Shown here in pieces: positions 45,166 to 57,615 of a DNA stretch of 64,000 nt; positions within the stretch are counted from its first letter, which is position 1; the number at the start of each line of letters is the position of its first letter. Position numbers and translations under genes: made by a program. The notes beneath the pieces are model-generated. The model worked only from the letters and a program-made list of their open reading frames with translations, did not search any database and was not told the origin of the DNA. This stretch comes from Rebecca billardiae RCC1528 (taxonomy: Eukaryota > Protista > Haptophyta): assembly GCA_965240325.2 (NCBI GenBank), contig OZ251254.1, forward strand, positions 682,001-746,000. The letters are read 5' to 3'.

Positions 45166-45528
45166 CGGCCGGTGCGCCGGGCCCGGTGTGTGTGCGCGCG
45201 CGCGCGGCGCGGCGGGCGAGGTGGGCGGCGGCGGCGAGCGGCTGGCTGGCGGCTGGCGGCGGGCCTCCTGCACCGCTGCGCTTCGGCCGGGCCGCCCGAG
45301 CGAGCGAGAGCACTGCGGCCCGATCGCGAAGCCGAAGTCGAATTCAAGACTGTCTTGACGAGACTTGCGCGCGCCAAATTCGTCCGGGACGGGCGGGATG
45401 TTCTGACGTCAGTCGTGTCACTATGACGACCAGCTCATCATTCAGTAGGCAGCGGCCCTGAAAACGATTTTTCGTCGAAAGTCAAAGTGCATGCCACAGG
45501 ACCCAGGCTTGCCGACTGGACCGAGCAG

Positions 45529-46400
45529 CTAGCGCTTGGTCGGGCGCTTGAAGCGGCGCATCTCCCTCCGCCCCGCGCCGCCCGCCGCGCCACCGCCCGC
45601 GTCGCCCGCCGCACCCATCGTGAAGCCGCCGCCCGCCGGCGCGCCGCCCATGGCCGGCGCGCCAAAGGCCGGCGGCGCGCCCTGCGCCGCCGGCTGCGCG
45701 GCGGCGGCGCCAAAGCACGGCGCGCCCAGGCCCGGCTGCTGCTGCGCTGCCGCCGGCTGCGCGCCAAAGCCAAACACGGGCGGCTGCGGCTGCGCCGTGG
45801 GCGGCGCCACGGCTGCGCCGCCGCCAAACACGCCGCCGCCGCCGCCCGCCGCGCCAAAGGGCGCCGCGCCGCCGCCCGCGCCGCCAAACGGTGAGGGCGC
45901 GGGCGCGGCGCCCAGCCCGCCGAAAGGCGTGGGCGCGCCGCCCGCGCCGCCCGCGCCGCCGCCCGCGCCAAAGCCAAACGTCGGCGTGGCGGCCGGCGCG
46001 GCCGGCTGCGGCGCCGCGCTTCCAAAGGCGCCGGCCGCGCCGCCGCCGCCGCCGAAGGCGGGCGTGGCCGCGCCGCCGCCAAACAGGTCGCTCGGCGGCG
46101 CGGCGGCGCCGCCGCTCGGCGCGGGCTGCGGAGCTCCGAAGCTGAAGGCGGGCGCGCCGCCCCCGCCGCCCGCGCCGCCCGCGGGCGGCGGCGCGCCAAA
46201 GCTGAAGGGCTGCGCGCCGCCGCCGCCGCCGCCGAACAGCGCCGGCGGCGCGGCGGTGGCGGCGGCGGCGCCAAAGGGCGTGGGCGTGGGCGTGGGCGCG
46301 GCGGTGGCGGCCCCAAAGGGCGAGGGCTGCGCGCCGCCACCGCCACCGAACGGGTGCGCCGGCGCGGCGCTCGATGCGGGCAGCCCGCTGCCGAACGGGC

Positions 46401-46452
<52 letters not shown>

Positions 46453-49400
46453 GCCCGCGCCCGCCGCGCCGCCGCCGCCGCCGCCGCCGCCGCCGAAGGA
46501 GAAGGCGGGCGTGGCGGGCGCGAAGGGCGCGCTCGCCGCAGGCACCGCCGTCGAGGCGGGCGGTGCCGCCGCGCCGCCGCCGCCAAAGAGCGGCGCCGCG
46601 GCCCCGCCGCCCGGCGCACCGAACAAGCCCGCGGCGGGCGGCGGCGCAGACGCGGCGGGCGGCGCGCCGCCGCTGCCACCGCCGCCGCTGCCGTGCGCGG
46701 CCGTCGCCGCGGGCTGGCCGCTGTGCGCGCGAGGGGCGCGGGGGCAGGGCGCGCGTGGAGAGGGGCGTGCGTGCGAGCGTGCGTGCACGCGTGAGCGAGT
46801 GGGCTTGCTAGGGCGCCTCGCGCGGCGCAGCGCGCGCGCAGTGCGCGTGCGGCGGCGGCGCGTGCGCGCACAAGCTGAACACAGCCGGCGGCTGCGCTGT
46901 GCCGGCCGCGTCCGCGCCGCCGCCGGCAAACGGGCCGCCGGCGGCAGCAGCGGACGGCCCGGAGGCGGGCGTCGGCGCGGCCGCGGCCGCAGCGGCGGCC
47001 GTCGGCGCGGCGCTCGTCGGCGCCGGCGCGCCGAAGGAGAAGACGCCGCCCACGCCGCCGCCCACGCCACAACAGCCGCCGCCGCCGCCGCCGCCGCCAA
47101 AGGCGGGCGCAGCGGGCGCGCTCACGGGCGCAGCCGCGGCGGCGGGCGCCGCGGTGGGCGCGGGCGCGCCGAGGGCGGCCGAGCCGCATGCGGCGGCCGA
47201 ACCCACCGCCCCTGCCGCCGCTGCAGCGGGCTTGGCGCCGAACAGCCCGCCACCGCCGCCGCCACCGCCACCGCCACCGCCACCGCCACCGCCACCGCCA
47301 CCGCCACCGCCGCCGCCACCGCCACCGCCACCACCGCCGCCGCCAAACGCGCTGGGCGGCGCGCCAAAGCACGCAGCAGCACCCGCGCCGCCGCCCGCGC
47401 CGGTGCCGCCCAGGCCGCCAAACGTGAATGCCGCGGCGCCGCTGCCGCCCCCGCCGGCGCCGCCAGCGCCCTTGCCGCTGCCGCCGCCCCCGCCCTGCCC
47501 AAAGCTGAACGCAGGCGGCCGCGCTGCCAGCACGGCCGCGCCTCCGCCCGTGGTCGCGGGCGCGGGCGGAGGCAAGGGCGTGGGCGTCGGGGCGAGCGGC
47601 GCGGCCGTCGGGGTGGGCGCAGGCGGCGCGGCGCTGCCCGCCTGCGCGCCCGCCGGGTCCGCGCACAGCGGAGCCGACGCCTGCGCGGCGCGGCGCGCGC
47701 CGAGCGAGCGCGCGCGCGCGCGCGCTGCCGCGTGAGCTGCGCTCGGCCTGGGCGGGGGGCCGCGCACCGCGCGCCGCGGGAGAGAGGGCGCGCGGCGGGC
47801 GCGCCGCGCGCCCGCACCAGTCGGCCGAGGGCTCCGCTCTCCTGCGCCGCCGCGGCGCCGCCCAGCCGCGCGGAGCTCGCGCCGAAAGGCGCGGCCGCTG
47901 CGGCGGCGGGCGCGGCTGCGCGCGCGAGCGCGCGCGCGCGGCGCGGCGGTGGCGCGGGCGGTGCGGGCCGTGAGAGGCGGCGCGGGCGCGGCGCGCGCGC
48001 GCGCTGCGGCGAGGGTGCGCGCGCGCGGCGCGCACCCGTGCCCGCCGCCGCCGCCGCGCCGCCCGCACCGCCGCCGCCGCCGCCACCGAAGCCGAACCGC
48101 ATGGGCACGGCCGCCGCGTCCGCCGGCGCCGGCGCCGCCAAGCCCCGCGCTGCCGCGTGCGCGGGCGGCGCGCGCGCTGGCCTGAACGCGAACAGGGATG
48201 GCGAGGCGGCGGAGGCGGAGGCGGCGGCAGCAGCGGCCGCGCCGCCGCCGCTCGGCTCGGCGCGTGCGCCCAGCCGCGAGCGGTCGAAGGGGCCCGTCGA
48301 CGCGCCGCCCGCGCCAGCGCGCGCGCCGCCGTCCGCGCCGCCGCCGCCATCCGCGCCGCCGCCCGCCGCCGCAGCGCCAAATCCAAAGATGCCGCCGCCC
48401 GCCCCCGCGCTGCTGCCGCCGCCGCCGCCGCCCCAGGGCAGCGGGTTCGATGGGAGCGCCGGGCCGCTGTCGGCGCGCTCCTCCTCGCCGCCGCCCGCGT
48501 CCGCGCGCCGTCCGCGCGAGCGCGCGGCCTTGCCGCCGCCGCTCCCGCCGCCGCCCGTGCCGCCGCCGTTGCCGCCGCCCTCGGCGCCGGTCGCTGCCGT
48601 GTGCGCGGCGGGCAGCAGCGGCGCTGAGAGGCCGAAGGAGGCGGGGCCCGCGCACGCGCCCTCGGGCCCCGCCGCGCTGCCCGCGGCGGCCGGCGGCGGC
48701 GGGCACGCGAAGACCGACGGCAGCGGCAGCGCCGACCGGCCGCCGCCGCCGCCCGCCGCGCCCGCGGCCGGCGGTGTCTGCAGCTGCGTGGCCGGCATTG
48801 GGCGGAAGGCGAAGACCGGCGCCTCCGCCGCGGCGCTGGCGAGCGCGGAGGGCGCGGGCGCGGGCGAGGGCGTGGCCGCCTCGCCGCGCGCGCGGGCCGC
48901 GGGCGAGGGCGACGGCGTGAACTCGAAGAGCGTCGTCCCACCGCCAGACGGCGGACAGCCGGCGCCGGCCGCAGCAGCGGCGGCAGCCGCCGCGGCCGCA
49001 GCCGCCGCCGGCGTGGCGGCGCCGCCTGCGCCGCCGCCGCGCGCAAAGGCGGGCGGCGCGGGCGTGGAGCGCTGCGGCTGGCGCGGCTGCGCGCCGAGCC
49101 CGGCGCTCGGCGGCGGCGGCGTCGACGCCGCGCCGCCGCCGCCGCCGCCGCCGAACGCGAACACGGCGGGTGGGCAGCCTGCGCCCGCCTCGGCCGCGCC
49201 GCCGGCGTCGGCGCGCGCCGCCGCGCCGCGCGCGCCGCCGCTCGGCGGCGCCGCGCGCGCCGCGGCCGCGGGCGACGGCGCGGAGAGCGGCGAGGCGGCC
49301 GCGCCGCCCCGCCCGCCCGCGCCGCGCTGCCGCTTCGCCGCCGCGCCGCCGCCCGAGCCGCCGCCATCGTCGGCGCCATCCGCGCGGCGGCGCGTGCCTC

Positions 49401-49433
<33 letters not shown>

Positions 49434-49879
49434 CGCCGCCTCCGCCGCCGCCGCCGCCTCCGCCGCTTCCGCCGCCGCCGCCGCCGCCGCCGTTGCGCGC
49501 CCTCGCGTCGGCCGAGCCGCCGGCCGTCGGCGTCGGCGGCGGGTGGCGCTCGGCGCGTGCGGAGGCGGGCGTGGCGCCGCGCCCGCCCGCGCCGAGCTGC
49601 GGCGTGGGCGGCAGCGGCAGCGTCGCCGTCGGCGGCGCGCCGCCGCCCTCCTCTGCCCATAGCGAGGCGCGCGCCGCCTCCCACGCCTGTGCGCGCTCCG
49701 CCGAGGGCGGGCGCGGCGCGGGCCGCCACGGCGTCGCGCCGGGGCTGGCGGCGCGCGCGGCGAGGGCGGGGCCGCCGCTGCCGCCGGGGGTGCCCTTCGA
49801 GAGCAGGGGCCCGCGCCTGCCCGCGGGCGAGCCCGCCGCCGCGCCCAGCGCAGCCGCCTGGCTGCCGCCGCTGCCAAAC

Positions 49880-49917
<38 letters not shown>

Positions 49918-52044
49918 CAGCGGCGCGGCGAGGGCGTCGAGGTGCTGCAGGATGCGCGCGGCGGACTCGGAGACGCCCGCCGCGGCGCAGCCCGCGGGCT
50001 GCGCGCACGACAGGCCCTCCGCGCCGCCCGCCGTGCGCGCGGCCTTTGCCGGACGCTCGGCGCCGCCCGCGCCGCCCGCCGCGCCGCCCGCCGCGCCGCC
50101 GCCCGCGCCGCCGCCCGCGCCGCCGCCCGCGCCGCCGCCGCCGCCTGCCGCGCCGAGCGGCTCCGCCGCGGTCGCGGAGAGCGTGCGCTTGACGGCGACG
50201 CCGCTGCCGAGCAGCGGCGCCGCGCCGCCGAACAGGCCCACGCCCGCGCTCAGCGCGCCCGCGCTGCCCAGCTTGGCGCGCGGCTGCGGCGGCGGCAACG
50301 GCGCATAGGCTCGCGCGGGCGGCAGCAGCAGCGAGGGCGGCGCGCGCGCGCCGAGCCAGCCGGCTGGCGCGGGCGCGCCGCCGTGGCCGCCGTACGCGCG
50401 GGCGAGGAGCGTGCGCGCGGAGGGCGCGGGCGGCGCCGCCGCGCGCGGAGCCGCCGCGCCCCTGCCGCCCTCGCCGCGCGCTGCCGCCGCCGCCGCCGCC
50501 GCCGCCGTCGGCGCCGCCGCCGCCGGCTCGGCGCCGCGCAGCAGCCTGGCGCCCAGCGGCGCGCCGCCGCCGTACGGCGCGGCCGCGCCGGCGGCGGCGG
50601 CGTCGACGGCGCTCGCGCTGTGCCCGTCGTCCGCGCCGCCCCCCAGCGCGCCCGCCCCGCCCGCCTCCGCCTCCATCGGCGCCGCCTCCTCCATCCGCTG
50701 CAGCAGCGCGGCCTGCGCGGCGCTGCTGCCGAGCGGGGGCGGGGCAGAGTCGGCAGCGTCGGGCGCGAGGGCGCGCGCGGCGAGCGCCTCGGCGTCGACG
50801 AGCGCGGAGAGCTCGGCGGCCGCGGCGCCGACGGGCGCGCCCACCGGCTGCCCGCCCGGGCTCGCCCAGCCCAAGTCCGAGTCCGCGGCGCCGCCCGCGG
50901 CAGAGGGCGGGCGAAGCAGCGGCGGCAGCGGCGCGCCGCCCGCGCCGCCCCTCGCGCCGCGCGCCGGCGCGGGCCTGGGCGCGGGCGCGCCGAACGCGCT
51001 GCCCCCCTCGTCCGCGAGCGGCTCGGCGCCTGGCGCGACCTGCGCGAGCGGCGGCGGCGGCGGCGGCGCGGCGGCGCGCGCGTGCTGCGCGGCGGCGGCG
51101 GCGGCGGCGCGCGCGGCCGGCGGCGGCGCGCCGTCGGCCGGCGCGCGGCCGCGCGGCTCGTCGGGGCCGAGCGCGGCGGTGAGCGCGCCGAGCACGCCCT
51201 CGCCCCGGTCCGCGCCTACGGCGGCGTGCCCCGCCCCCGCGCGCCCCACCGCCCCACCGCCCTCCTCGCCCGCGCCCTCGGCCGCGCGCGCCGCGCTGCG
51301 CGCCGCGCCATCCGAGCGCCGGTCGAGCGAGCGCAGCACTCGCAGCATGTCGGCGGGCGTGTTGGGCGCGCGGCCGGAGCGCACGCTGGCGAGCTCGGCG
51401 GCGGCGGACGCGCGCCCGCCCGCGCCGCCGGGCACGCCGGGCGTCACCGCCACGGCCGTCGGCCGCAGCGGCGGCGCGGTGCGCGGCGCGTGCGCGCCGT
51501 CCGCGCGCTCGGCGTCGGCCGTCGCGCCCGCGGCGCGCGCGGTGCCGGGCGTGCGGTGGGCGGACTGCAGCGCGCGCGGGACGTGGGCGAGGCGCACGCC
51601 GCTCTGCGTCGCGCCGTCGGGCACGCCAGGCTGCACGCCGGGCGTGGCGCTCGCGGCGCCGCGCTTGGCGCGGCCGCCGCCGCCGCTCGGCGCGCCGAGC
51701 TCGGCGCCGCCGCCCGGCGTGGCGGCGGCGGCGCCGTTGCGCAGCGCGTGGGCGGGCGTGGGCACAGACGGCGTGGCCCGCGCCTCGCCGCGCTCCGCCG
51801 TCGGCGTCGCCGCCGCGGCGATCGCCGCGGCCACGTCGGCGGCGGCGCGCGGCGAGGCCTCGGCGGCCGCGCCGCCGCGCGGCGCGGCGGCGGCGGCGGC
51901 GGCGTCGTCGGCGTCGGCGTCGTCGTCGGCGCCGATGAGTGTGCGCAGGCCGCGGCGCAGGATGCCCGGCGTGCGCGAGCGCACGAAGCCGCTGAGCGAC
52001 CAGCGCGCCTCGTCGGGCGGCGTGTCCGCCGCGCCTCGCGCCAT
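45529..52044 (-). CDS. NUP153: Nup153/Nup1-like nuclear-basket FG nucleoporin, probably 4 exons (introns 47916-48035, 47681-47817, 46721-46871)
   Basis: N-terminal amphipathic GILRRGLRTLIG; SESAARILQHLDALAAPL (cf. Nup153 STARRILQSLEKMSSPL); many FxFG/PFG/LFG repeats; last splice recreates VFSFG; basic C-terminus RREMRRFKRPTKR. Confidence 0.78.
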
Positions 52045-52368
52045 GCTGCTCGCGCTCGGGCGCGTGCGTGGCAAGCGTGCGCCGCTTGCCGAGTGGCCAG
52101 CGCTCGCCGCTCCGCAGCGCTGGCTCTCGCGCGCCGCCCGCCCGGACTGCCACGAGTCCGGGCGAGCCTGCGATCTCTTGTCCTCCGACGCGCTCCGCAG
52201 CCGAGCGACCGGCAGTCGGCACGACTGTCGACTCGAAAATAATGTGGTGCTTGATGCATCAGCGCTGTTGAGTGGTTCCTGAGCAGCGCTTCCCTCGAGC
52301 AAGCAGGGCCGCAGCAGCTGCGCCGCCCTCGCCCTCGAGCGGGGCACGAGGGGGACAGCGCGGTGCGG

Positions 52369-55300
52369 ATGGCGCTGACCGCGCCGACCAAGCCGGCGCG
52401 CGCGGCGTCGAGCGAGAACGCCGTCGACTCCGACCGGCGCCCCATCTCCGTCGCCGTCCGCGTCCGCCCGCTCAACGACGACGAGGAGGACTCGCTCGCG
52501 TCCGACGAGCCGCACTACCTGCACGTGCGCGACGACGCGGCGTCGGTGATCGCGGGCGCGGACTCGCGCGAGCCCGCGATCTTCCGGTTCGACCGCGTCT
52601 TCGGCCCCGACGCGAGCACCGACGACGTCTACTGCTGGCCCGCCGTGCGCGAGGACGTCGTGCTCGGCTGCCTGGACGGCTACAACGGCACGCTCTTCGC
52701 GTACGGCCAGACGGGCACGGGCAAGACGTACACGATGCTGGGCTCGCCCGACGGGGAGCAGGCGGGCGTGCTGCCGATGGCGATCGCCGACATCTTCGAC
52801 TCGATCGCCGAGGGCCAGGCCTCCGGCCGCGCCTACCTGCTGCGGTGCGCGTACATGGAGATCTACAACGAGATCATCAACGACCTGCTCGCGCCCTCGT
52901 CGAGCAACCTCAAGCTGTACGAGGACCCGGTGCAGGGGCTGGTGGTGGGCGAGCTGCGCGAGGAGCCGCTCTTCTCCGCCGAGCAGGCCATGTCGCTCCT
53001 CCAGTACGGCGTCACGCGCATGCACACGGGCGCGACCGCCTCGAACGCGCACTCCTCGCGCAGCCACTCGCTCTTCAGACTCACCGTCGAGTCCAAGGTG
53101 CGCGCGCGCGGGCGAGAGCCGGACGGGCGGGCGGGCGCGCAGGGCTGCGGAGAGCGCCGAGGCGCGCCACGCTTGCGCTGGGCGCGGAGGGGGCAGGGAG
53201 GGCTGGGGCGGCGGCGGGCAGCCGCGCGGCGGGCTGCGTGCGCTCGCTCGCTCACTCGGCCGCGCGCCGCGCCGCGCGCCGCGCGCCGCGCGCCGCGCCG
53301 CTTCGCAGTGGGTGCGCAGCGCGCCGCCGGCCGCCGACGGCTGTGCCGAGGCGGCGCAGTGCGCAAGCACGCTCGGCGCGCCGCCCGCCGGCTCGCGCCG
53401 CCCGTCCGCGCGCGCCGCCGCGTCCGCCGAGCCCGAGCAAGGCGTGGTTGTGCGCTCGTCCACGCTGTCCCTGGTCGACCTGGCGGGCTCGGAGCGCGCC
53501 GCCTCGACCGGGATGGCGGGGGACAGGCTGAAGGAGGGCGGCTACATCAACCGGTGCGGGCCGGGCGCACGCGCGCGGGCGGAGGGCGGGGGGGAGGGGG
53601 GCGTGCGCGCGGGCGTGCGCGCGCGCGCGCCTCGGCTCGCGCGCTCACGGCCGCTGCCGCTGCCGCCGCTGCCGCCGCCGCTGCCGCTGTGCGCACGGCT
53701 GTCGGCTGGGTGCGTGCGCTGCGCCCTGGCTCGCAGCTCGCTGCTCGTGCTCTCCTCCGTGATCTCCAAGCTGTCCGAGGGCAAGGCGGTGGTGGAGTGG
53801 CGCTCGAGCAAGCTCACGCGGCTGCTGCAGCCGTCCCTGGGGGGCAACGCGCGCACGGCCATGCTCTGCATGCTCACGCCCAGTCCGACCGCCGCGCAGG
53901 AGTCGCTCGCCACGCTGCGCTTCGCCACGCGCGCCAAGCGCATCACCAACCACGCGCGCTGCAACGAGACGCTCTCGGACCGCGGTGCGCGCGGGTGGAG
54001 GCTCAGGGGGAGGGTTTGGGGCGGGTGCGGTGCGCTAGGTGAAGGGTTAGGGTTAGGAGGGGTAGGCTCAGGGGGAGGGTTTGGGGTGGGTGCGGTGCGC
54101 GGCGCACGGCGCGAGCGCGGCGGCGGGTGTGCGCGCGCCCCCCTGGCCGAGCGGCGCGCGGCGCTCACTCACGCGCCTCACGCGCCGCCACGCACCGCGC
54201 GCCGCGGCCGGGGCGGCCGCTGTGCGCGCGTGCGCACGCAGCGCTGCTGCGACAGTATGAGCTCGAGATCGCAAAGCTGCGCGCCGAGCTGTCTCAGCTG
54301 CAGCGCGCGCCGCCGCCGAGCGCGCCGCCGCACGCCGGCGCGCCCGCCGCGGCCGAGCACGGCGGCGGCAGTGGCACGGCCGAGCAGGCGGCCGCGCTGT
54401 CCGAGCTGGTAGGCGCGCTGGCCGACGCGGCCGGGCTGGCGCGCCGGCCGGCGCCCGCGCCGCTCGTCGTCGCCGCGCCGGGCGAGGTGCTCGCGCCGCC
54501 CGCGGCCGAGCTCGCGGTGCCGACGCCGCCGCTCACGCCGCCCCCGATGATCACGCCAACAGCGCTCACCGCCGCGCGGCGCGTGTCGGAGGGCTGGGCG
54601 CTGCCGCCGCTCGACTCGGCGGCCGGCCCGGCCGAGTGGGGGGCGGAGGGCGAGGGCGGCGCGCGCGCGCCCGCGAGCGACGGGGGCTCTGGCTGCCTGG
54701 CGCGCCACGGCTCGGCTGCCGTGTCCTCGTGCTGCGCGCTGAGCGCGCACGCCATGGTGGACGCGGAGACGCTCGAGGCGTCGCCCTGGCGGGAGGTGGT
54801 GCAGGAGCAGGTGCGGGCTGTGTGCGGGCTGTGTGTGCATGCGTGTGTGCGCGCTGTGTGTGCGTGCGTGTGTGCGTATGTGTGTGTGCGCGCGCGCACA
54901 GCGGCGCGGGGCGCGGAAGCGCGCTGTGTGCGCGCGCGCGCGCCGCGCTTGGCTGCGCGCTCTCACTGCGCGGCGCGCTCACGCGCCTCCGCTGCCCCGG
55001 CCCGCCCTCCGCGCCCGCACGCGCGTGCCCACCGCAGCACTCGGTGATCTGCGGGCTCGAGCAGAAGATCGAGGGCCTCACGCGGCTCATCCTCGTCTCG
55101 GGCGCGCCCTCCGCGCAGCAGCACAGCCACAGCCACCACCACAGCGGCGGCGGCGGTGGCCACGGCTGCGGCTGCGGCTGCGGCCCGTACGCGCCGGGCG
55201 GCCACGCGCCCCACCCTCCGCTCTCGCGCGCGGAGACGACGGCGAGCGCGCTCAGCATTGAGAGCGCGGCGCGCGCGTGCGCCGCGGCGACGGCGGGCGG

Positions 55301-57584
55301 CGGCGGCGGCGCGGACGGCTGCGGCCGCGCCGCCTCGATGCGGCTGCCGCCCGCCGCCGGCGCGCAGCATGCCGAGCCGTGCGGCGCTAGCCCCGGCCGG
55401 CGCGCGGGCGCGGCGCCGCAGTGGGCGAGCTTCCGCCGGCGCATGTCGGAGCCGTTTGTGCGCGTGGACAGCGCGCCCAGCTCGGGGCCGCCCGACCGGC
55501 GGCTCTCGTTTGGGCGGCAGGCGGCGGCGGCGGCCGCGGCGGCGGCGGCTGCGGCGGCGGGCGGCGGCGCGCGGCGCGGGCGCGACGACGGCGGCGTGGG
55601 CTCCTTCAACACGGCGCTGATCGCCAGGGCCGCGCGGCACGCGACGGCGGAGGGCGAGGCGGCGGCGGCGGCGGCGGCGGAGGGGTCGGACGCGTCCGCG
55701 CCGCAGCGCCAGGACGAGTGGCCGGCGATGTCCGCGCCCGCCTCGCCGCGCCGGCAGCGCGCCGCGAGCGTGTGTGTCTCCGGTGCGTTCGCCGACCCTC
55801 GAAACCTCGGCCCGCTCGCAGCGACATGTGCCGCCGCGGACGCGCGCAGGCTGCCGCACCCGTCGCTGCGCGCGCGCGTGGCCGAGCTGCAGGAGTGCTC
55901 GGCGCGCAAGGACATGCAGATTGCGCTGCTGCTCGACTTCACGCTCACGCAGCTCGCGAGAGACGCGGACGCGCGCGCCGCCGACGCCGACGCCGCCGCG
56001 GCCGCCGCGGCCGGCGCCGCGCCCGCGCCCGCCGCCGCGCCGCCGCACCCCACGCCGCTGCCGCCAGCCGCCGCCGCGCTGCAGTCGGAGGCGGACGAGA
56101 TCGTGCGCCAGTTCGTGCTGCTCGAGACCGCGCCGATCACGCTCGCGGGCTCGCAGCTCGCGGTCGAGGCGGCGGACGGCAGCCTGCACTCGCCGCTGCG
56201 CACCGCGCTGCGCCGCAGCCGAGCCGCGGCCTCGCGCAGAGGCGTCGGCGACGGGCGCGGCGCGGACGCGGACGCGGACGCGGACGCGGCGGAGGAGGCG
56301 GAGGAGGCGCTGCTCGCGCAGGCGGACATCTTGGAGCGGCGCACGCTCGGCCTCCCGCCCGGCGTGCGCGGCCTCGCCGCCGAGCCCGAGCGCGTCGCAG
56401 AGGCGGCGGCGGCCGCCGCGGCGTGCGTGCGCATGCGCCTGCTGCACGCGCCCGGACTCACGCCTCCCACGTGGGCGATGGCGGCGGAGGCGGCGCCGCC
56501 GCCGCGCGCCGCGGCGTGCGCGGCGTGCGCGGGCGCGGGCGCGGGCGTCGACGGCGCCGCCGCCGACGCGGCCGCGGACGGCGACGGCCTCACTCTGGCC
56601 GTGCCGCTGCGCACCGGCGGCGGCGGCGGCGCGGCGGCGTGCGCCGAGGGCGCGGGCGCGCCGACCGTGTGCTGCGTGCTGCCCGCGGCGGCCAGGGCGC
56701 TGAGCGAGCGACGCGCCAGCCCGGAGCAGCGGCTCGCGCTGCCCAGCGGCGCCGCCGGCGCGGACGGCGCCGCCGCCTCCTCCTCGCCCTCTGCCTCGCC
56801 GCTCAGCTCCGCCGCCCACTCGCCCGGCGTGTCGCCGGGGCCTTCGCCCGGCCGCAGCCCGCGCTCGGGCGGCGCGCGCCAGCCGCGCTGCTGGCCGCTC
56901 GAGCCGACGGTGGAGGAGCCGCCCGCCTCGCCCGGCTGCTGCGCGAACGGCGGCGCGGGCGGTGCCGCGGGCGGCGCCGTGAACGGCGCGCCCGAGGCTG
57001 CCGCCGCCACCGCCACCACGGCCGCCGCCGCCATGGCTGCGGCGGCAGCGGCGGAGGCGGAGGGCGTGCGGCCGCCGCCGGTGGCTGAGCTGACCGCCAA
57101 GTTCAACGCGCAGGAGGCCGCCGCCGCCGCCGCCGCCGCCGCCGCGTCGCCGCAGCCGCGGATGCAGCGGCGCCACTCGGTGGCGTGCGTGCAGCACTCG
57201 GGCGGCGCGGGCGGCTGCTCGCTGCTCGATCAGACGAGCCCGCACGGCGCGGAGCTCGGGCTGGCGCTCAACGGCCGAACCTCCGACTCTCTGCGCGGCC
57301 GGCGCAGCCGCAGCTTCAGAGGCGGCGCGGACGGCGCGGAGGCGGGAGGCAGCCTGCGCCGCGCGCGCGGCAACAGCGCGGGTGAGCATCTGTCACCGCA
57401 GCCGCAGCAGCCGCAGCCGCAGCAGCCGCAGCCGCGCGCCGGCGCGCACCGGCGGAGCAGCGACGGCGGCGGCGGCGGCGGCGGGGGCAGCTTTGGGCCG
57501 GGCGCGGGCGGCGCGGGCGCGGCGGTGATTGCGATGGCGGCGGCGGCGGCGGGTGGTGGTGCCGGCGGCGGCGGCAGCGGCGGC

Positions 57585-57615
<31 letters not shown>

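Noticed and set aside
45438-53463. Very long overlapping ORFs (45536..50308 +, 45438..49877 -, most of 46808..52222 -, and the 5' extension of 47122..53463)
   Set aside because: Antisense or off-frame shadows of the nucleoporin and kinesin genes; stop codons are rare at this GC content and the products are poly-Arg/Pro without motifs.
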